Assembly: GCA_051942245.1 (NCBI GenBank)
Contig: JAVECL010000192.1
Coordinates: forward strand, 1 to 37,614
Direction of reading: 5' to 3'
Length of the DNA: 37,614 nt
Source of the DNA: Trypethelium eluteriae
Taxonomy: Eukaryota
Numbering within the stretch: the first letter of the stretch is position 1; each line of letters opens with the position of its first letter. The position numbers and the translations under genes were made by a program. The notes under the pieces are model-generated. The model had not been told where the DNA came from. It did no database searches and was given only the letters and a program-made list of their open reading frames with translations. Of the stretch, positions 12,101 to 23,247 are shown one piece after another.

Positions 12101-13357
12101 GTTGAAAGGCAGATTTTGACATGCCGTAACCGGGTCCCATGTTCAAAATGTCAATCGTCGCCTCAGCAGTAGATGATGTAGAAACCTTTTGTGCGTCGGC
12201 GAAAATTGAGTTTTGAACTGAAACCCAGTTGACGGGTTCAAGTAGTATCATGTCTAAGATGGCGTTGATGAAAGCACCTGAGGTGTAACTTAGTTTCTGA
12301 TCGGCCACAAGACGGTAGCAATGGATGATGCGCAGGAACATTCACTGGAGACACGGCTCTTTAAAAGCGTGTATGCGTTCGAAAATAACGCACAGCATAC
12401 GCGAGATGTTGCGCTTACCTAGTGGTCTTGGCTCGACGTAGTTGATTGGTTGTCCATCAATTGTGGAAAGTAATGGGGCAACAAAAGCCACAGACGTTGA
12501 CATTGACGGGCATCGCTGTTGAAGATCCTTATATGTATCTTGCTTGAGAGAAGCAAGCCTGTCGCGGACATGGTAAAGCGAACGCACGTTGGTTGTCCGT
12601 GTGCGACACTCGGGAGGAAGATTGTCCGAAATGAAGTTATGGAGCTGTTCACCAGTGCCACTCAAGGTCACGCAATTTGGTGAGTTCACAGCAGTCACAA
12701 AGACAGTTTGGTCAGCGGTCTTGGCACTGGTTAGCACACGCTGGGGGGGTAACACGAATGAATTGGGTAGACGCTTACTTGTGGTGTTGAGGCGGCGATG
12801 ATTTCATTGGCACGTTCGGCATTGATACCGTCGACGACAATACTCCAAGGAAGGCTTGGACTACAAGCGTGACGGCCCAGATAAAACCTTCGATAGCTTT
12901 CGCTGCGGATGCCAAGCCAGACGGAGACATAAAAGAGGTCTTGAGCTCGAGACAGGAATTCGATGGAGTTGCGAGAAGTTGAAACGACGGCGGCGGGAAG
13001 GAGACCGGCGCAAAAGGCAGCAACCTCGAGCAATTCGCTATGTTGTTGTAATTGGCCGAGGTATCTTAGGATCTGAGAGAGATATAGGGTGGTGTGTTGT
13101 ACCACCACGTTCTGATGGTACCGTTCCTTGGGGGAGAGAAGCTTTGTGGGAGTGTCAAAGTCTTGAAGGTCAATGTCGCGGGAGAGGATGCCGGAGCGGA
13201 TGGCATGGGAGACTTCAGCGTGAAAAATGGTATGACAAGCCTGCAAGAGGAGCAGAGACTCGGGCAGCAAGGCATCGCGGGCTGACGCGTCGAGGCTGAG
13301 CCTGGAGAAGAGGACGTCGGAGCCAAGGCCGGCAAAGACGGGCGTATGGAACGACAT
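6156..13357 (-). CDS. Non-reducing iterative type I polyketide synthase, SAT-KS-MAT-PT-ACP-ACP-TE (orsellinic acid/depside synthase-like), about 2145 aa, 13 exons
   Basis: Minus-strand exons: 13357-12779, 12719-12419, 12277-11916, 11861-11522, 11467-11283, 11235-10954, 10900-10872, 10818-10137, 10084-9822, 9768-8640, 8575-8035, 7985-7213, 7127-6156 (6438 nt, continuous frame). Motifs: [83 protein letters not shown] and FMDVLLH; two ACPs LGVDSLM; TE HDGSG, GWSFGG, GNHF. No KR, DH, ER or C-MeT domain. Confidence 0.95.
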
Positions 13358-14335
13358 GATTCCTATTTTCAATGTGGTCCTGAGCCTTGTCTACTTACCA
13401 GGCCGACATGAGAAGAGGGTTTGAACAAGACCTCGACTTGAATATGTTATATGGATGTGTTATGTGAGCATGGCGATGAATGCTTTGGCATCGATCATCA
13501 CGCCATCCGAGCGGATGCCGGCCCAGCACAAAGGCATGCCAGCGTCGATTAAGGAGCATTGGCTTCGAGTGCGAAATGCAAAAGGAAAGATAGGAAGGAT
13601 ATATGATATTGCCTAATTGGGCTAGGCCCGTGACGGCCTAATTCGGAAGGGCGAGAAGGAGAACAAGCGAGCACTCCGGTACCCAAGTAGTAAAAGCGCC
13701 GATCTCGTATTGGCCGACCCTATCTCCGCGCCTAAGCCATTGGAGTAATCGTTAAGGAAACTGCCGACAAGTTGACATCGCCACGGACCGCGGAGCCTCA
13801 GTCTGACGAAGAATTAAGGCCTTGTTCGCTTTACAAATCTGTTGCGTGAAAGATGGATTACCGGATCCAGTGTCAAAATTTCGAGCTGGCGGCCTCTGTT
13901 AATACCTAGCAATCAAAGGCCGAAGGCGGTGTAGAGAAAATCTAGAGTCTTAATAAGCGTGATCACACACAGTCAGAAGGTCGGTATACAATCATATCCA
14001 CCATATCACATAGGTGAGCCATCCTAACAAAATGCATGTAGCTGGTGGTTGAAGCTCCAAACGCTTGCCAACGCCGCTGGGAACGTGGTCTCGACCAAAT
14101 GACCAGCCTAATCATGCAATAGCTGAGAGATTTTACTGCATCTGTGAATACTTCGCTCGCAGGCGAGTGTATCTCGGATTGCAGAAGGCAGCAGCTAGCG
14201 GCTAAAAAGTCCTTGCCCAGTCACTCCAGGAACGCGGCCGAATTCGTCGATAAAGTCGGCTATCGACCTCTAGAAACGGAGAAAATCTTGGCCTAAACTC
14301 AGAAAAAAAATTAGTTCTCCTAAATGGGCATGGGA

Positions 14336-15492
14336 CTAAATCTTTTGACTGTCCCTTCCCTCTCCAGTATGAGCACCGCTTTGCTCAGAGCCATATAACT
14401 CATGGACGGCAAATGGTCCCGAATCTCCCGATACTTCATGAACAACGAGAGGTACCGAGAGCTCATGAAGCGCACCTTCACCTATCTTAAAGCGTCCTTC
14501 GGTCGTTCGCAATTCCTCCAGTAGCCTATCTTTGGGCGCATTAGTCGCATCCAATTCGGGCTTGCCCCGATATTCGAGCAATCCAGTAGCGCGCTGCCTG
14601 CGCCGTCTACGACGGAACAATATCGCTAATATGAATGCCGCTGCTGCAAAGACCAGAACCGGGAATACGACCCCGATGGTAGCCTTCGTAACAGTCTTGA
14701 GAGAGCCACTTTCGTTCTGGCGATCTGAAGTCCTCCAATTTATTTGCACCATAGGGGCGTAGAGCGAAATACCAAAGAATGGCGCTGGTAGGACTGTTTC
14801 TGAAGCGCCGTATACTGCTGCTACAATGCCACTCCCATTCCATGATTCCGCTACGCCTTTCGTATATAGCACTTGAGTTGTGATTATCATAGTAGGCGGT
14901 GGTAGGCTTATTGTTGTTACGGGTGTAGGCATTGTTTCGCCACATGAAAACATCGTTACTTCGCTTGCTGTTGCCACAGATAGACAGTTTTGTCCACTTT
15001 CGGCTCTATTGGGTTGATTGCAAGTATATCCTCTAAGGCGCGTCAGAACAGCGTTGTTATCATCGAATGAAGTTAGAAGGTCAATGAACACGTACTCTGG
15101 GCAACAATCAGCTGCGGTTCCCCTGGAAGAATGCCATACTGAAAGTCAAAGCTCGTACCCGACATCCAAGTTACACTTGAATCACTCTGGAGGATATAGA
15201 CCAAGCATGCGGTAGTATACCCGCTGGGACAAAACAAGCCCGGCGAGTATAAACCCCAGTTTGCCAAGCTCGAAAGAATGTCGCTGCATGTTGCAGTAGG
15301 CATGCAACTCCATTCCTCAATATTGGAGTTATTAGAACATGTCCGTGCCTGAGCAAGAGCCACCCCTTTATTCGAGGGGTAAGGTAGCAATGACGAATAA
15401 TATATTCCGAATGCATCAGAGCAGCTGGATGGTAGTGTAAAAGTTTTTGTAAAGGGTTCGACTACTGTGCGAGTTGGTGAATCAACGGCCAT
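14336..15492 (-). pseudogene. Single-pass membrane protein with a Cys/Ser/Thr-rich ectodomain (Mid2/Wsc-like topology), broken by a 1-nt frameshift
   Basis: The N-part has TKTFTLPSSC...YSPGLFCPSGYTTAC...FQYGILPGE. The expected continuation (T)AADCCPE|GYTC lies in a shifted frame (about 15118) across intron 15095-15033 (GTACGT..CTGAC..TAG). The C-part has YAPMVQINWRTSD, a TM segment (ATIGVVFPVLVFAAAAFILAILF), RRRRRR, KPELD and repeated HEL motifs. Confidence 0.65.
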
Positions 15493-16305
15493 GTGCGCAA
15501 TTCGCTCCGTTCTTCATATAGCAAAAGGCGGATCAACGTCAAGTCAGGTAACGTCCTGGTGTTGAAGAGGGGAGAGCTTCAGTGTCAATCTAGAACTCAG
15601 CCTTAGCAGTTACTCGGTGTCAAGAAATTCCCAAAGGGTACGTATATATACGAATGTTGGATACACAAGGTACTGGTGTTGGAAGATATACACTCGGGAT
15701 GTAGCCTTTAAAGATAGCGATTTTTTACGGGGCATAGAGGGGAAATGATCGAAAATGGAGATGCTCGAGCGTGCGTGACGACGTAGACTGGGAGTAGCTG
15801 GTAGGGAGAATAAGCCGCAAGTGGCTATTCTAAACATTTTCAAGGAAGTAGCGTTTCCGTATTAGTAAATCGGATCAGCTATTTCTTGGGAATCTAACAA
15901 ATCTTTTCACTGAGTCCCAGTCTACGTGTCGTCCAAAAAGCAGTGATCGGGTGAGCACAGACAGTATCAGTGCCAAAGACAGGCGCGAGCAGCGATGGAG
16001 TCGGCGGATGCTGCTCTAAAGGAGTTCGTCTGTAGGTATACAAGCTCAATTCGATAAGTTTTCATACTTGCTTAACGTACTTAGCGTAGCAGTGGGAGGG
16101 CGTAGAGGGGGTTGTTATAATCGGAACGAGAATCTCCAGCCTGTAGCGCGTTTAGATCCCTGCTAGTGGCTTTTGAGAGGCTTCACCTCCTTCGAAAGCA
16201 GGATCAAATAGGGGATTTGGCTGATGCGTTCCCTGTTTTTCCTAGTCGGCTTCTAGCTATACTGGCTTCATCTCCCGAAACTCCCTGATACAGCGACCCT
16301 AAAGC

Positions 16306-17067
16306 ATGCGCCTCTTTCTGGTCTTGACATCGTGCCTGGGAGCATTCGCGTCCTCTGGAAGCGTCGTAGCTACGGTTGGCTCGACTGTTTCTGTCTCTGT
16401 CCAGACCATAGTCTCTTACACATCCTTCAATATTAGTCCATACAACACTACAACGTACGCCTCATTTGTCGCGTCTGATGCTACAGCAACGACCTTCGCC
16501 TGTCAACGAGAGTGCTACACCGGTTTAGCCGCGTTTCCGACATTTCCCATCTGCTACGGCTTCACCACCAGTCCGAAGACCCTTATCCTCGGTTCTACCT
16601 CTGTCGCTTTCTCATCGACCGCGCCGTTATCCAACAACCAAGGTATTACCGAAAGCTCTAGCACCTGGCTTTTCTCCGAAGGCTGTTCTGCGAACAGTGG
16701 AACGGAGATGATTTGCACGGTGGAGCAGACGGGACCGAGTTATCTCATGTCGAACCCCTGGCCGACGGGGGCTGAGCGCAGTGCTCTGACATACACGGGC
16801 ACCTCGACCGAATTCCCTGCACCGACAACAACACCTGGTGTGACGCGAAAGCCGACGGGAAGTGGAATCACAAGTCAGACTAGCACTTTCACCGTGCCAA
16901 GTAACGATATGAGGAAGCAGTTTATTGTAGTGACTGCGGGATTGGAAAAAGATACATCAACGACCAGTGGAGCAGGAGTCTGCGCATATCTGGCTCTAAG
17001 TGGTGTCTGGTCTGTCATTGTATACCTTGTGTTAATGTCCTTGAGCATCCCGTTACTTTTTGATTGA
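16306..17067 (+). CDS. Secreted Ser/Thr-rich, probably GPI-anchored cell-surface protein, 253 aa
   Basis: Signal peptide MRLFLVLTSCLGAFA, Ser/Thr-rich body with several Cys, IVVTAGLEK motif, small-residue omega-site region (TTSGAG) followed by a hydrophobic C-terminal tail. Confidence 0.75.
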   Translation: MRLFLVLTSCLGAFASSGSVVATVGSTVSVSVQTIVSYTSFNISPYNTTTYASFVASDATATTFACQRECYTGLAAFPTFPICYGFTTSPKTLILGSTSVAFSSTAPLSNNQGITESSSTWLFSEGCSANSGTEMICTVEQTGPSYLMSNPWPTGAERSALTYTGTSTEFPAPTTTPGVTRKPTGSGITSQTSTFTVPSNDMRKQFIVVTAGLEKDTSTTSGAGVCAYLALSGVWSVIVYLVLMSLSIPLLFD

Positions 17068-17571
17068 CAGGACTGCTATTTATCGACTAGCTCGACCACG
17101 GACTTCTGCCAGACAACATATCTCTCGACTGCCATGGTCTTCCTATGTGGATGGACCACATGGAAATATACCTGCGCTGCACGATGGGATGGCTTCTCGG
17201 AGTCGGCAGGCTAAGTAGCCGACTATAGCTCATTGGCTTGGACGAACTACCATGTCGATCTAGTCCTCTATTCACCAAAGCATATGCTCAGGCCCAGCCA
17301 ACTCGTATGCCATATGTGGCACAAGCGGCTCATTGGGAATCCCGATTCCAGTCTCATATCGTACTCCTTCAACCTCCAATCCCTGTTTTCCTATCGCAGG
17401 CAGTCCATGTAGGGGAGCCGGTGCTGGTGCCGGGGGTCCGGCACACACTTTGACTCAGTGAAGACGTTCTTGTCAAAAGCGCTGCTACTCTGTCGACCTT
17501 TTAAGCGGTGCTTCGGATTGCTCCCGAATCTATTCGGTGGAAGTCATCATCACAACGTCTTTTATCCTCTT

Positions 17572-18960
17572 ATAGTTGAAGGCTCAACCAAATCCTCCAA
17601 TCTTGATACGGGTATCTCGAGCGGCGACGCCCAGCAACAATATACACGGAACAACAGCTCCGAGCCTTCAGCTTCAGAATTGGGGGTCTCCCTGCCACCA
17701 GTCGACACTGGAACGGAAGCGTGGCTTTTCTTGGCTGCTTGCTGGGGTGTTGAGGCTGTAACATTCGGTATGTCTTATCGCCAGCCGCGTCTAAATCTGT
17801 CTTTCAAGCTGAACTTGGCGCAACTAGGCTTTGGCTACTCATTTGGCTTCTTCCAGGACTTTTACAGCAATCATGATCCGTTTGCGGGCTCGGGCCAAAT
17901 CGCTGCCGTCGGAACCACAACGTCGATGAGAAGCCTCTGATGAATCGCATCATCCTATGTGCTCTGGCCGAGACGCCAGGGGATAATGTACTTAGGAAAC
18001 CCTTTATCAATGCGATCTGCCGCCTCTATCCTCGTCCAGACCGTTGGTTCACGCTGCAGGACTCTTTATCGCTTCTTCGGCTATGGCAATGAGCCTCTGC
18101 AGCAACAGCTTTCCCCGACTTATCGAAACAGAGGGCATTTTTTTCCCAGCTGGTGGTTTTGTCGCCTACTGGCCTTGTACATTATTTATTGACGAATGGT
18201 TTGTCCGCCGGAAATGCATGGCTTACGGCATCATGTGAAGCGCCGCAGGAGTTGGCGATGTCGTTCCTCCCCTGATCCTCGAGGCACTCTCCAAAAATCT
18301 TGGGTCCCAGAGAGCTACGCGAATATGTGCTCGCATCCTCTTTGCATACTCGGCTCCCTTGACCTTCTCTATGAAGCCCAGGCTACCTTGCTTGCCCAAT
18401 CCTCACCAGAAGCAGATCAACATGCGGTTCGTACCATCTAAATTGTTTGGCCTGCATCAATTGGTGAACGTTGCCTAGGCGACTGGCAACTTTTTCAGCT
18501 ATCTATCTACCAGCTTATGCCCGTACGAACTTCGAGACTTCGTCTTTTTGGCAGCCTTGATGGCCATGCTGATTGATATGTCCGCGACGATTGGTCTTGT
18601 GGTCATGGGTTCACTAAGTGGCAAGCTTCCCGTCACAACGTGTATGATTATCTTAGCGGTGGGCATAACTGCCTCTGTCCTCGTGATTTAAGGACTCGCA
18701 GCATCATTGCCCGTCTTGTACGTATTCTGCGTCGCGTACGGCGCAGTTGCGGGGTCCTGGACATCGATATCGCCGGGAATCATGAGGGTCTCCCGGAGAG
18801 GCGAGCGCGAAGGATACGGCTGTGCTGACCCGGTGATGGTGCACGGCCATCTTTGTGGAGGAAGAGGAGTCGGCAAGTCTGTCTCCGAGCCTATGAGTGG
18901 CTCACTTATCAGGGGTATGTCGTGGGAAGAGCAAGTTATGGGAGGATACGCAAGTGATTT
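17572..18960 (+). pseudogene. Degraded MFS monocarboxylate transporter (Mch/MCT-like) pseudogene
   Basis: Recognisable fragments LPPVDTGTEAWLFLAAC, FGYSFGFFQDFYS, AAVGTTTS, GIMYLG, CTLFIDEWFVRRK, LYVFCVAYGAVAGSWTS, GRGVGKSVSEP. In-frame stops at 18236 (TGA), 18476 (TAG) and 18689 (TAA), several frameshifts, probable lost start (ATA at 17572) and lost donor (ATGAGA at 17926). Confidence 0.85.
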
Positions 18961-21058
18961 GGCGTTCCGACCTCGTATACAGGCCCACGAGTCTTTCGAG
19001 TGGAATGAATTTCCTATGGAAGCATCTGGACTCCCTACGGGCAGCCGTGACTTTAGGAATTTGTGAGTACTTTCCGACTCGGAATGATCCAACTGTTCCA
19101 AGCCTTCACTCAGATGCCTAAGCAAGCTCGGCCGATCGTGGACCACTCCCCTTTCCGTACCTACCTAGTAGAACGGAGAAAAGGCGACGATGAGACCGCA
19201 AAAGTCATGTGACACTCAAGACAGACTTCTGTCAGATTTACCTTTGTTTAGCAATAGGAACCTCCCAACAAGCCACATAGGACCTCATGCGGAATCGTGT
19301 GATAGCTTACAGTTTCAGACCTTGACGCTATCAGGACTGCGTACGAACGTAGGACAAAGGGATTTTCCAGTGTCCGTGCTAAGCTCGATAGTTCGGACGA
19401 AGGCTGAGGGATTAAGAATTATCTATGCACATGCATTCATCATTGAATGCCATTCGTGAATTGTTCATATCTGGTGCATACAGAATCACGCTTGAGATCA
19501 CTGGTGTGATGCAGCGCCTCTGGGTTGGGAAGTGTAGCGTAATCACGTTATGATCTGCTTTTTAATCTCCCCGAGCTTCTATTTAGGTTGCTGATTTATC
19601 GGCGATTTCTCTTACACCGAAAAGTGTCGAGAGCATGTCATTTCTCCTAATATGAGGTGCAACTAAGCGTCTAGATGACGCAATCCGGAGGCTTTCAGGT
19701 TCACTTCTTAGCACCATTAAGAATACTCCTAGCATGCCGAAATTACGGGCCCGGTCCATTCAGTGCAGCGAATATAACTGGTTGGCTAGTGCCAACATTG
19801 CTAGTCGCTTTTTCATCTGGACGGACGTCTTAGAATACCGGAATTACATTTCTTTTGCGATCACGCTAGCTCGTGTGGGTTGCGATACTACGAGCTTCAT
19901 GTTTCGGACCAAGAAATGGATTCCAAATCTTTCTAAAATTTGTCTTATATCGAACCCCATTTTGCCTCTAATGCTGGCAGAGATTGATGAAGTAGTGAAA
20001 GCTTGTGGCTTGATCTATGGAGTTGAGATTCTGCACCCATCTTACATCCAGGCCTCACACATTCACGGGATTGAACTGACTTAGCACGTACGATGCGCTA
20101 ATAATTGGTGACTTATATACCGTCCTTGGCGCCTTATCTAGCAAATTGGGAATCTTGAACTCAATGAGTACGTTGTTGTAGTATCAGAAGGCGTTTGCGA
20201 AGAAAGCTTCCACGGTACCACACCTACAGATGCTGTCCATAAGTAAGACGAAGATCTTCATACTAATAGTTGTCTGTGTGTAAACAGCTTTTCCTTGTGT
20301 CGGTCTACCCTCAATTGCAGATGCGCTGTCGATCGCTTCTCGGATGCGTATAATAGTTGGTGGTGTGCCTCTCTAAGTGTTGCTGTCGTCGTCGATTATG
20401 AGAATTAATGTGACTTATTCCTGTCAGCTCACATGGCTTGATTATGTTACTAGTGCACAGTATGAGGCATTTTTAGCACTCCAAGATGTCAACAGTCGCA
20501 ACTTCAAGCTGCGGCTCTGAGGTTGGTCTGAGAAAGGCTGTACTAGCCGCGATCGTGCACGACTGCTAATCTAACATCAAAAACAAGCAACATGAAGACG
20601 TGATTGAAGCTTGTATGTCGATGTGTATGCTAACAGAACTTCTAGGGCTTCCACGTCCCGAGCTATTGCATACATAATTGGATATACGCTTGTTCTAGCG
20701 TGTCAAGACCACAGCTTTACCTTTTCATCACGTAAAACAGTCGGATGCTTAGCGGTAGCTAGAGCGCTGAGAACTCTTTTACGCCGGCAAGTTCGAAGCC
20801 GGTATTGGGTAAAAATCTGCTTCTCGCCAATCGTCGCAATTGCCAGAAATGATGATGTGCAATATGCATATTTGAACAAGCCTTCCAATTCCGAGGCTGG
20901 AGGAGATAATCGACCGTGTATAAATAGGAGTTCCCCAGCCAGTATCGTATTCATCGCTCAGTCAGTCATCGTGGTTAAGGATCCGATCAATTTCAAATCT
21001 TAAGCATCTACAATCTCTAGAATACTCCTCAAATCCTTCGAGAAATATAGCAGCGACT

Positions 21059-21784
21059 ATGCGCGCCTTTCTCATCCTTGCTTCGCTGGTTACTGGGGCT
21101 TTCGCTAGCCCGATTGAGGCGCGCGCCCCAGGCGTACAGATTACGGACAATGTACGATATCCACCTGTGCGCATGAAATATCCCATCTCTAACAAACCCA
21201 ATTCGATAACCTCCAGACCAGTCAGATAGCGCCTCAGCTGTTCCCCGTTGGCACCTACAACGGCATCGCATACGGAGGTGTCGTGGTTCTGGTGAGACAA
21301 GCCTCATGGAGAGCGCATGGGCGAGTAATATCTAATCATTAAGTTCTAGGACCCACTGGCCGTTGCAAGCGTGGTTCCTCACTCAAAGCCTAACCAAATT
21401 GGTGCCGCTGGTCCGATCGACTTACTCCAGCTTGGGTCCATAACCCTCAACACCTATGCTACACTGAAGCGTGGTACGGGAACCACATCCTTCGACCTCA
21501 AGAGCTTCTGGTGGGGCCTCGGAACCGATACTGGTAGCACCGCCGGCCTTGCTCAAGGCGGCGCCATCTCCGTCACGGGTACCTACGTGAACGGTAGCGA
21601 GGTTCCTGTAGCCAGCTACTCCTTCGCGCCCGAGGGTACTCTCAACCAACCACTCATCTTCGCTACTTTACCAAATACATTGACCGATTTGGCCGAGGTT
21701 GATATTGGTGTTGCCACTAGTGAGCCGCTTACCGAGAGAACCTACATTGCTCTTGATGATGTCACGCATGTCAACCACTCCTAG
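21059..21784 (+). CDS. Small secreted protein of unknown function (about 200 aa, 3 exons); only its last exon appears in the ORF track
   Basis: Signal and pro-peptide MRAFLILASLVTGAFASPIEAR. Exons 21059-21151, 21217-21291, 21350-21784. Introns GTACGA..CTAAC..CAG and GTGAGA..CTAAT..TAG. The frame is continuous through GTYNGIAY, VVPHSKPN, FDLKSFWWG, LDDVTHVNHS*. Confidence 0.75.
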
Positions 21785-21973
21785 AGACTTGCCGGCGTCG
21801 AGAATGGTTTCGGTTGGGATATGAAGCGTGTGTAAAGGTACAGGGACAATTGGCAGAGTGAGAAAAGAGACATAAAGCTGAATTTTCCCATATTCACTCA
21901 TTGTTATGTATTAACTGGTTTTAAACAACCTTTCTTTTAGAAGTTTGGAATTTACAACTTTTGTTATGACTAT

Positions 21974-22004
21974 GATTGATCGATTGATTGATTGATTGAT
22001 TGAT
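21974..22004 (+). repeat. (GATT)n microsatellite
   Basis: gattgatcgattgattgattgattgattgat. Confidence 0.85.
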
Positions 22005-22331
22005 CCCGTCTAGACCCAGTGTTCCGGCCCATGAGAATAGCATGCATAAGCTGCGAGCGCTGAAGGAATACTGGAGTCTTGATTCTTGACTTATATCAGA
22101 ACAGCTTACATCCCGTTGAACGACTTAGTTGTCGTAGTCGAGCTATAGAGTGGTGGGGTCTTGAACACTATCCCTCCATGGCCACATGCATATACAGATG
22201 CGTATGCCTGTGCGGATGCGAGCAGGTCAAACAAAGAATCCTAGTATCCTAGCATCCAGGATCCAGAGAGGAAGATCTTCACATACGAAGAGGTACTATG
22301 TGGGGGTAGGAGGGTTTTTCATCCGGTAGTT

Positions 22332-22644
22332 TGTAAACAATTATAAAGAATTACCTTTCATAAGCGTAAATTTTAGCATAATTCGTGTGAATACTAGCTT
22401 GATATAGGTATTAACCCAGACTGGACTAAGTACTACGCTTACAACAGCAAATTCTTTATAACTGTCTGCAAGCTAACTCCGTACGAGCTGGGAAAGAGAC
22501 TTACGCAGGGACGAGAGGGGTACAGACTAGACTCAATTTAGCAAATGTCGGGTTTAACTCAGTAAGGTCGAAAGTAAACCTAATTAGCCGGATACGAATA
22601 TCATCAAGATAATTACCTAAAGCTATCTAGTCCCTATTTGTACA
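22332..22644. mobile_element. Candidate RIP-degraded solo LTR or TE relic (about 313 bp)
   Basis: AT- and TpA-rich non-coding block starting TGTA and ending TACA. The flanks tagtt and cagct differ only by two C>T changes (possible degenerate 5-bp TSD). Confidence 0.3.
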
Positions 22645-23247
22645 CAGCTTTATGTATTCATTATTTTATGCAGCTATGCTTCCACTCCCTGAGTCACCGT
22701 CCTCTGGCGGCAATGTAGTAGACCCGTAGGCAATCGAGGCAGGGCATCAAGAACCTACATTAGCCCTATCACCCATCTACATCGGACCCATCTGTTGCGT
22801 GGTCAGTTGAAGTTTTGCATAATCCAAAAAAACTTAGTGTCGCCGGTGATGAAACGGACGTGCTAGACCTGCTATCATGTTACAGTGGAGCCGTATTGGG
22901 AGTGATTAGGGGTCGGAGATTATCTCGGCATGCTCCGCCATCAGCTCCTGATATAATTCCCAATCAGTGTTATACAAGAATGTGAGTTTTACTGAAGAGG
23001 TGGCGCAGCATCATATGCCCACTATCATCCGATAGTCATCCATCGCGAACTTTTAGCCACCTGCTGCGAAGCTGACGAACTACTGGGTTTCACAAACCTT
23101 TTCACTATGTCGTACTCTACAACACAAGCAGCCACAATTTCCGCGAGCCTAGCATCGAGCTTAGAGTCCCGACGCAGCAAGGCAGAGAACAATCCCAAAC
23201 ATCGCCTCTCCTTCTATTCCTCTCCAAATTATTCGATCGCGCGCAAA

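Noticed and set aside
8576..12778. Fragmented PKS ORFs suggesting a pseudogene
   Set aside because: All breaks are explained by introns with consistent phases, giving one continuous reading frame.
17130..17260. SYVDGPHG fragment reminiscent of a ferric-reductase NAD-binding motif
   Set aside because: Too short and interrupted to support a call without a search.
19190..21003. Short ORFs 19190-19459, 19734-20084 and 20611-21003
   Set aside because: No motifs, splice structure or coding-like composition; probably intergenic or unrecognisable relics.
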